Shown: in pieces, positions 48,700-59,378 of the stretch | How the letters are laid out: each line of letters starts with the position of its first letter | How positions within the stretch are numbered: the first letter of the stretch is position 1 | Source of the DNA: Massalongia carnosa | Taxonomy: Eukaryota | Direction of reading: 5' to 3' | Assembly (NCBI GenBank): GCA_965645245.1 | Contig: OZ287076.1 | Location: forward strand, 1,984,001 to 2,048,000 | Length of the DNA: 64,000 nt | Translations under genes and position numbers: made by a program | The notes under the pieces: model-generated | What the model was told of the DNA's origin: nothing | Seen by the model: the letters and a program-made list of their open reading frames with translations, nothing else | The model's database searches: none

Positions 48700-51472
48700 T
48701 GGATGTTTCAGAAATAGATGCTCGTCTACAATTGGAAGATAACTCTCCAGTGACAGACTCACTTTTCTCGTTGTCCTTCTTCTTTCCTTGTCGTTTTGGA
48801 TTTTGTGCTGCATTCATCAAATCTTGAAAACATTGTCGAGCATTGACGATTTGACTGTGAAATTCTTGACGATCTTTGAGGGATAATTCGAAAGACGAGA
48901 TTAACGTGTTACTCCATGCGAGTCTCCCAAAGCAAAACACTATCAAAAATCTTCATCTGAAGCGCAATGGCGACGTTCTTTAGGAAACTGAACTTTCAAT
49001 CCATTTCGAAAAGGCTGTCGTACATGATGGTTTCTAAACCAACAGCGAAGAAGTAGAGGTATTACCACTGAGGCACGAGCGCATTCGCTCATACTCCACG
49101 AGGCCATATGAATAGCCGGAGACTGTATTTGGCCCCAGCCAGATGGAAACGGAAAACAGTGCAAGGCAGCTGTAAACTCTTCAGCAGCCCGTTTCGTGAG
49201 TATTTTCGTGTAAAGAAGAGGGTACAATCTTCGTACTAGTCCATAATACTCGCTATGAGCCGGATCCGGTGGATAACTCATGATAAGATCAAGCGCCGGC
49301 GTCAATGTCTGAAGCGCAGAAGATTCGGGTTTGAGCCCATTTCGTGTAAGATATGCCAGTCTCTTTGTCTTTCCTTTTATTGCTAGGCTTTTTTTTCGTA
49401 TAGCCAACACCTCATGATGATAACGACTATGAAGTAGAATGTCCCGCTGCAAATCTCCTCGATTATGGAGGCCCGCATCACAAAAGCGACAACAATAGTT
49501 GACACGTGGCCCAAGAACCCTCCGGAGGCTTGCTGCTGCTTCATATCACCAAGATATGCTAGAATCGGGGCCCAAGCCGCTTGTTTCTGTCCATTGATTT
49601 CAAGAATGCAACCACGATCCATGTTTCCCAAACTGGTTTGAAGACAGTTCATCACATCGTTAAACTCGGATCCGTGCGGGCCAAGAGCAATGGTGTAAGC
49701 ATTTAAACTCTTTTGACGTTCCGAGGCGGGCAAGCCTGCTGGCATGGCATAGACACCAGTGATGCAACGATACATGTTTCGATATAACCCGAAATCGTCG
49801 ATGAAAATGACAAGGGGATATGACTGAACTCCTTTAATTAGCTGTGAGATTAGGTACTCTCGACCAAAGACTTCTAATTCTAATTCCGCTCGAATCGGGG
49901 ATGAAAGATTGATTGATCTAAGATCTCCTCGCATGACGTTGAGTATCTGGCGAATTAAGACAGGCGTTGTAGACCGTACCTGATCATTCCTACAAATTGC
50001 AACATCGAAACGGCGAGCTAGAACATGCTCGGATAAGACATCTTGATCCGCGTCTTCTATCAAAAGTAACTGATCTTTGGGCCAGTCAAATGTGACTGGA
50101 ACTGGATATTCGTTGACCTTCTTTCTACTTATCAAAGGACGAATCCTGACAAGAGTTTGACCTAGGGTCAAAGATCGCGATCTTTGATCACGTCCAAAAA
50201 ATATGACCTGTCCGCAGTGACTATCATGAATAATCCCACATTTATCATTGCCACAGCGATACTGCACAATGTCAGAGAGAAAAATAGGAGATGAATCGGG
50301 AAATCTCGCAAAATCAGTGGAACATGTACGAATAGAAGAACCCCAACTGTTTGAATGCCAGTATTCCGAAGGACTATCAACGATCTCTGCCATACCGATA
50401 TGATTGTTTCGTTGAGTTGTGGCTGAAAGTAAGATACTGATAACAGTTCGAGCATCGAAGTAATAGACGTTGGCTTGAGCCGGTCTTGGTGTTCCGGTGG
50501 GTTGTTTTTCTCGTCGTACTGATACCGCTGCCATCTGCATGGATGGAAGAGGAAGGCGCTTACGGCACCAGGAGTGCAAAGTTGATAGTCGCTTTGGCAA
50601 ATTTCGCACTTCATGAGTGTCTAGCAATTGCAAAACTTCGAGCAGGCCATCATAGGTGCGTCGCTTGATGCCTTCTTTATCACACCAGAGACCGAGAGCC
50701 AGGCAGAAATCCGATATTTCTCCTCGTACTGGGCGGGAGGGCACCCGGATCTCATCATCAATCGTGCTTTCAGGAGCAGAAGGGGCAAACTCGTTGAAAG
50801 ACTCACCGGTGTCTGTGCTTTCTATATCAAAGTCCGCGAGCTGATTGGATGGCAATTTCATGATAACATTTGAAGAAATTAAGCTGACAGCAAAGGCCGA
50901 TGTATCGGCTATTGAAGCAGGCCGAGTATGAACGTTTTGAAACTCTTCATCAGTTTCCCGCTCATAATCATTATTTTTATCGAAGACCGTCTCTATATCG
51001 GCTGGCAAATTGTCTTGAACGTGTTGTTCAGGAACTTGGTTAGACGATGGTTGGATTTTATTGAGATTCTCTATGGTTCGCTTCTTATGCGCCATTGTCA
51101 TTCGTTCTGAACTCTGGGTCTGCTTTTGCTTCTCATGAATATGTACAGAATTTTGTTGGTATGAAGAACCGGCTTGCGTAGACCCATGGCCAAGGGAGTC
51201 TATCGGTTGACTTTTGGAAGGCAGTGGGTTGGCCCGTGGGACACTGCTCTGAACAGTGGATGCTGGAACAATCAATGCCTTTTCCTCAAGAGGAGGACCC
51301 TGAAAACTGAAATCATCAAGGTCGGGTTTATTCAGACTGATATGAAGAAGGCTTACTGCTGGAACGGTTGAAGCAGTGTCGATGGTTTATGCTTTCTTCT
51401 CTTTCTCAAAACATGACCTTCGTCGAGCATCATATTCTCCGTCGCATCATCCTGATATACGCAACGAGGCAT
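48700..51472 (-). pseudogene. CACTA/EnSpm(CMC)/Plavaka-like transposase
   Basis: IFIDDFGLYRN...PAGLP..ERQKSLN...GPHGS, YLGDMKQQ...GFLG, CRFC (after a 1-bp frameshift near 49510), DPAH. Candidate intron 51307-51356 links ATG 51472 in frame. Truncated by the pogo at TA 48698. Confidence 0.68.
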
Positions 51473-52093
51473 CTTGTCTCATAACTGAGTTTAATTCTGT
51501 GTGCAGGTGAGGTATTCTCATGAAGAATCACTTGTGCGTTGATATTTTAGTTCTTAGGGCTTTAGCACACTATTTCAGAACATTAGCATTCGTCTTTACT
51601 GCTTCGTGCTTTCTTCCGATTACACTATCATTAATGCTGATATCACAAATACAATCATGAACGTATCACCGTCAAATGAAGAGGTCCTTGAACCTTTAAC
51701 GCAAGCCGAAACACAATTAGGATCAATAGCGGCAGAAATGTCAACCAAAAAGACGCGGAGAAGACAGGCCATTACCTCCGAATGGAAATTAATAGCCATG
51801 CAAATGGAGGCTTCTTTGCGGCCATTTGCGCTGCGTTATGGCAAGCTGGACGCAGATCAAATAGCGCACATCGTTCGAAATGCAACAAGAGAAGACGTAG
51901 ATGAGGAAGACATATATTTCAGGAAGGGAGTCACCAAGGCGTAATCCAACGTTTCAACGTGGAAACATCGCTCTCTAGAGTGTATGAAAGTATGTAGCTT
52001 GCTATTAGCGTTTATACTCGACTTCTAACTGTTTTTAGGACTACATACAGTCTGCTATCATGAGAGACAACCTAGGGCTGCTGGAATCCGAGC

Positions 52094-53990
52094 GAGGTGC
52101 TTAGGGACAGTCCCCCCCCGACCGTCCCCCCCCCCCTGTGTAAATCTTTGCTAGTAAACAGCCATTTCACTGCTTATCCAGGGTGCGTACAAGCTAGTAA
52201 CGCAACTGCCAACAGCACATTAAACTCTTTTCGGTTTAAATCGTATGACGTGTTATTGCTACTAATAATTACCCTACTCGGTCTGATAAAGCATACCATC
52301 ACCCTCACCCTCACCCTCACTTACCATTTGCCCTTGCCTATAAGACAATCGGTGCAGAAAATATGTGATGACGTGCGGAAAAAACAATTAGATCAGAAGA
52401 TTTTGTGCAATCAACAGCGAATACGCAATCCTAGATTGATTGATAGAAATGCTTTTACGTTACTCATTCGGAAAATTACGCATCATGCCATTAGCCTCGT
52501 TTCAAGAGAACTCGATGCCGCCAAATAATTAGCTGAACGAATCCTTTCTATTGTCCCTGTTGGTGGAAGCTGTGTTTATGATTGTGAGTTGCCTTTAAGG
52601 TACGGTCTCCCATGCAAATGCTGGTTGTATAAATGCATCATCGACTCGGTCTCTATTCCCGTTTCCCTCATCCACCCCCGCTGGTTTTTTGATGGCCCAC
52701 CTTATGCGGTCTCTTGGCAAATGACCTTCGATTTCGCTCGCGGCTCGGAGCCCGAGGTCGAAAAGATCGTCGATGAGGTCGAAGGGACGGGAGAGATTGA
52801 GGCGGATAAGGATGAGGTCGAGCTCGAAGAAGGCGTGTTGAGTGAGGATAGATTTCGCCGCGGGGGCCTTGATTTGCTACATTCTGTGGCATATCAATCT
52901 ATTGACCTGCATCAATCAATAGAAGATTCTCATCGAAGGGAGGAGTACGCTCGCGAGCATGCTCACATCGTTGAAAAGTTCAATAAGAAATGGCAAAAGA
53001 AGGAGCTGGTAAGACCTCTCATCCACACCACATTCCCCAACGAAATTCTGCCCAAAAAAAACCTCATGTATAAGAAAGGAGGGAGTCGTCGACGTGCCTA
53101 CACTGGTCGCGAGGCAGCTGAGGCTAGAGAAACTGAACAGCGACGTACTAGGCGAAGTGACTCTATTGAACAAGGGAGGAGGCTTAGATATAATAGATTG
53201 CGTGCTGGGGGCGACGATGAGGTTGAAGGTGAAACAGAAGGTAAAATTCACGATGGTGCAAAGTTATTGCGCTCGGGTCGGCTAATATTGGGTACAATAG
53301 GTTCAGGAGAAAACTTAGTTATGGAGAGAATCGAAAACGCGTCTATCGTCTCCGACGACGATGACGAGGTGCAGTATATAAGCACTCAGCCCATTCTCGG
53401 TCGTTCTATGGATCCTATGCTTCCTTCGGATGACGAAAATGATATTATTCTTACATCAGAAGCCTCGTCGGATTCGCTCGAAGATATTGACGATGTGCTT
53501 GCCAAGCATAGTCAAAAAGCCCTACCTCAGGCAGCGCTGGCTCCATCTCTTTATAGTCTTAGCCAAAACGTACGCGCCAGTCAAATTCTCCCTACTTCCT
53601 CTGCAACAACGCGAAGGTCTCGGGGTGTGGCGAAGAAATCAAAGGCTCAGTTGGAGTTGGAATCTCAGCAAAGAGTCGAGAAGTCAGTCAAACAGGCTAG
53701 GGCTCAAGCGAGAAAGGAAACGGCGATGAGAAAGGTGGCTAAAACTATGAAGCCTAGAAAAGATGATGTATCGCAATTGGCTGACGAGTTTTTGGAGTTG
53801 AAGTCATCGCAATCGGTATATTTGTAGGTGTGGAATACACTTAGTCAGTAACAGCAACATTATAATACGTAGTGTAACTGCTAGCTTGTACGCACCTTGG
53901 ATGAGTAGTAAAAAGGCTGTTTACTAGTAAAGATTTACACAGGGGGGGGAGGGGGGGGACGGTCGGGGGGGGACTGTCCCTAAGCATCTC
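52094..53990 (+). mobile_element. MULE/Mutator deletion derivative X
   Basis: TIRs of about 110 bp GAGGTGCTTAGGGACAGTCC.../...GGACTGTCCCTAAGCATCTC, 11-bp TSD GGAATCCGAGC, SWIM-like C.YDC...YGLPCKC...IHPRW remnant. Confidence 0.92.
52340..53827 (+). pseudogene. MULE transposase C-terminal portion
   Basis: SWIM-like motif, KKGGSRRRAYTGREAAE, stop at 52528. No catalytic core was seen. Confidence 0.7.
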
Positions 53991-54700
53991 GGAATCCGAG
54001 CATGACTCGAGCAGGCTATTCAAAGCCTTTGCACAGCAATATGATCATCATGATGCTGAGACAGTCTTTCCATGGGCAGCCAAAACTTTGATGTTCCATG
54101 AGTCTTCAAAGAAGGGTCAAGGCTCGAGGGCCCAATGTTGTTAGAAACATGCGTTCCACGTTATAAGATATTTTACTTATGACAAAGTCATGAGATTGTC
54201 TTTAAAATAAAATATCTGAACATTGTTTGCTTTCTTGACTGACGTTGTCACTTAGTAGATAGACTATGACAAGAACGTTCTAGTGGATAATATCTTGAGA
54301 CCATCTCAAGACCATGTCCGAATACCCCCAACCGCCCTTATGGTATATAGCTAGATAGATGAGATGATTAAGATAGAGAGCAGGCACAGCGGCAGGGCAG
54401 GTTTGCCTTGAATCTCTCTGCCGTACCACCTCATTAGCTAGTCGTGTGCGGATCACCTGAGACGTTATTCCCAAGCCGATATGTTGCCGTCTGGCACGGC
54501 ACATAGGATGGCTGTCTCATCTAACAATAACTACACTTTTGATCCGTGAGCGAATCAGGTAACATGACGCAGGCGGGTAATGGAAATAATCAAAAGGTCA
54601 TATCGGAAAGCTCGTCATTATTATAGTAATTAATTACCGCTCAAGTTCCTTACTAAGAGCCTATCACGATATGTCCTCAGATACAGAATAGGTTTGTATT

Positions 54701-55513
54701 TTAAGTGTTTCCTTTCACAACCGTAGCCACGTTTGAGCAAAACGCCGCCCAAGCCGCCGGAAAACTGCCATACGGATTATTCGCCACTGTCACATCAGTA
54801 ATGAAAAGTCCCGCGATACCATCTTTATCGAAGTCAATAATTGTCTCGATGTCGTCATTCTCTGTCGCTACATTATCGGTATAAGAATGAATGATCAGAG
54901 TCGCTTGATGTGAATAGACGCCATTTCCATCCAGGAGGCTTATATTCGCAGCATCGTACGCGGCTTCCGTGTCCTCAAATACGTTGATGAAATCAGCGAT
55001 CGGCCAATAGCCCTGATCGACTTGTAATCCGGCGTTGAAAAGAATAGTTTTGCCGTTTGTGAGGGTATTTCGGGCAAAGGTGCTGATGTTGCGCATATAG
55101 TCTATCTTGTCTGGGGTGGTGGGCGCTTCATCAAAGAAGATACCACCGATGTGAATGTCCTTTTGTGCTGCGCAACTCCCATTGGACCAGTTTTGATAAG
55201 TGGTGATTTGGGCTCTAAGGACGGATAGGTCTTGTGTCGCTGGGCAGATGTAGTTTTGAGTTGGGCCACAATTGTATCGCGAGGCGGTGTGAACGTAGGC
55301 TAGGGTACGGATGTTGGCGTGCGAGTTGAGAGCGGCGAGCGCGTTGATGTAGTCGCTGTTCGGGCAGGGGCCACTGCCAGGGCCATTATTGATGTTGATA
55401 ACGGCTTGAAAGATGAGAGACGGATTGGCGGTGGCGGCGTCGAAGAGGGGCTGCCAGGCATTATTGCCAGGGTAGATGTAGAGAGGGAGGAGGACGAAAC
55501 CGGGGTTGACCAT
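54701..55513 (-). CDS. Spherulin-4 family / GH135-like glycoside hydrolase (270 aa, single exon)
   Basis: LLPLYIYP..AWQPL, ININNGPG, AYVHT, GGIFFDE, VFE. Likely start MVNPG. Confidence 0.9.
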   Translation of the reverse strand: MVNPGFVLLPLYIYPGNNAWQPLFDAATANPSLIFQAVININNGPGSGPCPNSDYINALAALNSHANIRTLAYVHTASRYNCGPTQNYICPATQDLSVLRAQITTYQNWSNGSCAAQKDIHIGGIFFDEAPTTPDKIDYMRNISTFARNTLTNGKTILFNAGLQVDQGYWPIADFINVFEDTEAAYDAANISLLDGNGVYSHQATLIIHSYTDNVATENDDIETIIDFDKDGIAGLFITDVTVANNPYGSFPAAWAAFCSNVATVVKGNT

Positions 55514-55689
55514 GATGGTGATAAGTCTTGGATTCGAAGGATCAGACTGTGAAAGACGATGGATTGATGAAGGCTGTGAATGAAGGGAGAATAGAAGGGA
55601 ATGGGTTGAAAGATATAGAAAATTCAAGAAACGTGCGAGGCTTTCATATTCCGAATCATGGTTTTGGGAAGATGACCGTAGAAAATCTT

Positions 55690-55795
55690 GTAGCGATGTC
55701 TTAGATGTTGCACAACGATATCTCAGTTGTTGTACAACGATGTCTTAGATGTTGAACAACGATTACAAAGATTTTGTACAACGATGACTTAGATT
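55690..55795. repeat. Degenerate 21-bp tandem repeat, about 5 units
   Basis: Unit approximately ACAACGATGTCTTAGATGTTG. Confidence 0.75.
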
Positions 55796-56689
55796 ATCTA
55801 ACCCAAAGGATACACCTTGTGCATAAGGCGTATATCTGGATTCTGTGGCTGCATCTGCACACGCTCTAGTCAAGGACCCATTCCGCGGGAAGAAATTGGC
55901 CCTGAATTGATCTAGGCATTGGCAGCCTTGAGCTACTTGTCTGCTTGGACCATTGATCGCTATTATAAACTCACCTTCGATCATAGCCTTGATTTTGTAA
56001 AGAACCGAGAGTTCTGAATCAGGTAAATGGGGACAAAGAGTCATAATCGCTTTTGAATAAGCAGATCCAAATATCCAGGAATACATTTGAGAGAAATCAA
56101 GTAAAAAGGAAACCGGATTGTACGAAGATGTTTATTCACATATGTTATTCGCTGCATCAGTGAGGAGGTATATTTCAAAATTGGGATTGAACACTTAAAG
56201 AGTGCAATAATCAACAAGTGGGGTAGTCAATAGATGAAAATTAATGTGTAAGACACAGAAAAAAATTGAATAGACAAAACAATTGAATGGTTATTGTGTT
56301 GTAGACCTAAGCCGGCTGTTGATGTAATGATTGAGGTATTAAGCCGTGGGACCACGTGCGGCCATCTACTGGATATCCTGAACATCTTTGATATGCAGCC
56401 TAACACTTTGGGTTTCTAATAGAACGCAAAATGGCCCATCGATTATTAATCTAGATAAGAATGTTCTAGATCTTGTGAGAGAGTAGGTGTGAAGAAGGAG
56501 ATAATGTAGTGAAGGTGTGAGATGATAATTGAGGAGGCAGCTCAATTAGACTAGATCTCACAGCACTACTGCGGAGAGGGTTCACCAAATTTGGATCCGA
56601 GATCTACAAGCAGATCTGGACATGCACCCGAACTACAACTGATCAAATGTAGAAGCAGAAGCAGCTTTTGGAAGACGCACCTGATCAAC

Positions 56690-58222
56690 GAGTAGATTCG
56701 GGACAGACCCCATCTGGCAGACCCCTCGTAAAGTTCTACTGCTTATTAGGACTAGCTTAAGCCTCACCCTCACACTAAATTAATAGTCCATCTACTAATG
56801 CAACGTCCCCCCGCAAGCTTCATATACCCAGTCACTTGCAACATTACTTATTGCTGTAGCTAATTCAAACATCACACGTAGCTAGCCTCGGATTATTTGA
56901 TGAGGGGTAATCATCCCATATACGCTGCGGGAGAGGGAGGGGCGGAGCCGGAAGAGGATAAGAAATAGGATAAGAAGGAGGTATGGGGGGAGGGTGAGGA
57001 TGAGGTGGAAGAGGAGGATGAGGAGGAGATGAAAGAGGAGGATGAGCAGGAGGTGAGAAGAAGGAAAGGCGAAGGGGAGAAGTGAAGAAGGACGGTGATA
57101 GATATCACCGCGGTGGAGTTGATATGATGCAATCTGCAGCATTTGAGTCAATGGATTTGCACAAATCAATGAAAAATTCACATCGAGATGAGGGGTATGC
57201 TCGAGCATACGTAGCAAACAGCGCCAAATTCAATCAACAATGGCTGGAAAGGGAGTCGGCTAGATCTCTTATCCCAACAACTTTCCCTGATGAAATCCGA
57301 CCGAAGGAAAACCTCAGGTGGAAAAAGGGAGGAAGTCGTCGGCGTGCTTAACTGGCCGCGAGGCAGCTGAGGCAGATGAGGCCAATCAGCGACGTGCTAG
57401 ACGTAGGGACTCGATTGAACAAGAGATAAGGCGACGGCATGATAAACTGCGTCGAAGCGATGAAAACGAGAGTGTGATTAGCGATGGTAAAAATTCACGA
57501 TATAAGCAAATCGACGCAACGCGGCTAATATATGATGTAGTAGATTTGACTGAAGATGCGGTCATTGTCTCCGACGATGATGACCTGCATTATGTAGACA
57601 CTCGGTCGATTCCCGATCCTTCTACGAGTCTCACACTTCCTTCGAATGACAACGATGCATCTTCAACGTCTTTCAATTCGTTTGAAGATATTGATGAAGT
57701 GCTGACGAAACATAGCCAAAAAGTCTCATTTCAAACGGCCCCGTCCCTTTATAATCATAGTCAAAATCTCCGCCTCAGTCAGTTGCCTCCTACTTCGTCT
57801 GCCACAACGCGAAGGTCTCGGGGTGTAGCCAAAAAATCAAAGGCTCTGTTGGAGTTGGAGTCTCAGCAAAAGACTGAGCAAGCAGATAAACAGGCTAGGG
57901 CCGAGGCGAAGAAGCAGGCGGCAGCTATGAAGATTGCTAGGACTATGAAGCCTAGAAAGAAGGATGTTTCGCAACTGATTGATGAGTTTTCAGAGTTGAG
58001 GTCATCGCAATGAATTGTATATAATAGTAATGAAATAGTAGAGTGTAATAGGTGTGACTTTTTCATACAGTCAATCTGGATATAACGATCTTTTCGACTT
58101 ATCAGCTAGGTATATGAAGCTTGCGGAGGGGACATTGAATTAGTAGATGGACTATTAATTTAGTGTGAGGGTGAGGCTTAAGCTAGTCCTAATAAGCAGT
58201 AGAACTTTACGAGGGGTCTGTC
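56690..58222 (+). mobile_element. MULE deletion derivative Z
   Basis: Inverted repeats of about 110 bp at 56717-56830 and 58108-58222. Flanks acctgatcaac/gcctgatcaaa. The frameshifted ORF 57082-58013 is homologous to the X ORF. Confidence 0.82.
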
Positions 58223-58860
58223 GCCTGATCAAACTGATCTAGATTTCGGCTTATTCTCAATCGGCTCTAAAGTTTGACGATCCTTGTAGCCTAGAAGGTC
58301 TCTCAACTATTGAGTGACTTATCTTCTGGTTGTGATACACTCGGAAGTGCCCGCAGATTCTACATCATCCAGCTGCAGTCAAGCATGAGATGAGGAATTT
58401 GTTTTCCCCGGTGCAGGGGTCTTCTTAACCTTAACTCGGACGTTTTCAATTTTCGTTTCCACTTCCTCTAAGTGAGCTCCACTAAGTAGGAAGGATGACA
58501 CAAAAGTCCTTAAATGCGGTAAAAATGACACTAAGGATTTATCGTTGCATCAATGTCGTTTTTCATATATTTGATTTAGGGAACTAATACCGGGACACCT
58601 ACCTTGACACCCCCATTCATCTCTCATCTATCTAGCTATATAAAAATAGTAGATAGCCACCTAGATAATACAATCAATCCTTCCCACACATACTATTACC
58701 TACCAATTTAATTCAACATAGAAGGGCAATGGCATGTTGCTTCCGTGCATTCAAAGAAGTAGAATCGAACTTCATCGCGATGAGAAGTAGTAAAATATAT
58801 AATATGAAGTATAGCATAAGTAGAAGGGGAGATTTAGGGAGGGCAAAGGTTTAGGACAAG

Positions 58861-58877
58861 GGCAAGGGCAAATGGTA

Positions 58878-58927
<50 letters not shown>

Positions 58928-59123
58928 CGAGGGTGATGGTATGCTTTATCAGACCGAGTAGGGTAATTATTAGTAGCAATAACACGTCATACGATTTAAA
59001 CCGAAAAGAGTTTAATGTGCTGTTGGCAGTTGCATTACTAGCTTGTACGCACCCTGGATGAGCAGTGAAATGGCTGTTTATAGCAAGGATTTACACAGGG
59101 GGGGGACTGTCCCTAAGCATCTT
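58861..59123 (-). repeat. Inverted copy of the MULE X left end with expanded (GAGGGT)n
   Basis: Reverse complement of 52094-52338. Confidence 0.9.
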
Positions 59124-59378
59124 TTACAGAATCGATTTAAAAATTCCTACAAAACGTCATCAATATAGCCGTTCTATAACTTAGGCGAAACCTAGCGAAT
59201 ATGATAAGCCATTCTAGAATAAAGAATGCAATATTGACACCAAAGCTACACGAAAAGTACGTCAACTATGGTCTGACATACGAGACCTAGCGGATTAGTC
59301 CAACTATTTAAAATCTAATGATAAGAAATAGAAAATTATTCAAAGAACAAAGACGACAAATTTTCGTCAGGAGATTAG

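Larger units (their letters stand above)
51657..54144 (+). pseudogene. Unknown spliced gene divergent from the transposase, disrupted by a MULE
   Basis: Phase-0 intron 51990-52038 (GTATGT..CTAAC..TAG). One TAA at 51942. The frame stays open across the MULE empty site (LLESE|HDSSRLFKAF). Confidence 0.62.

Noticed and set aside
55763..56086. 107-aa ORF upstream of the spherulin gene
   Set aside because: No recognisable motif; it overlaps the repeat array.
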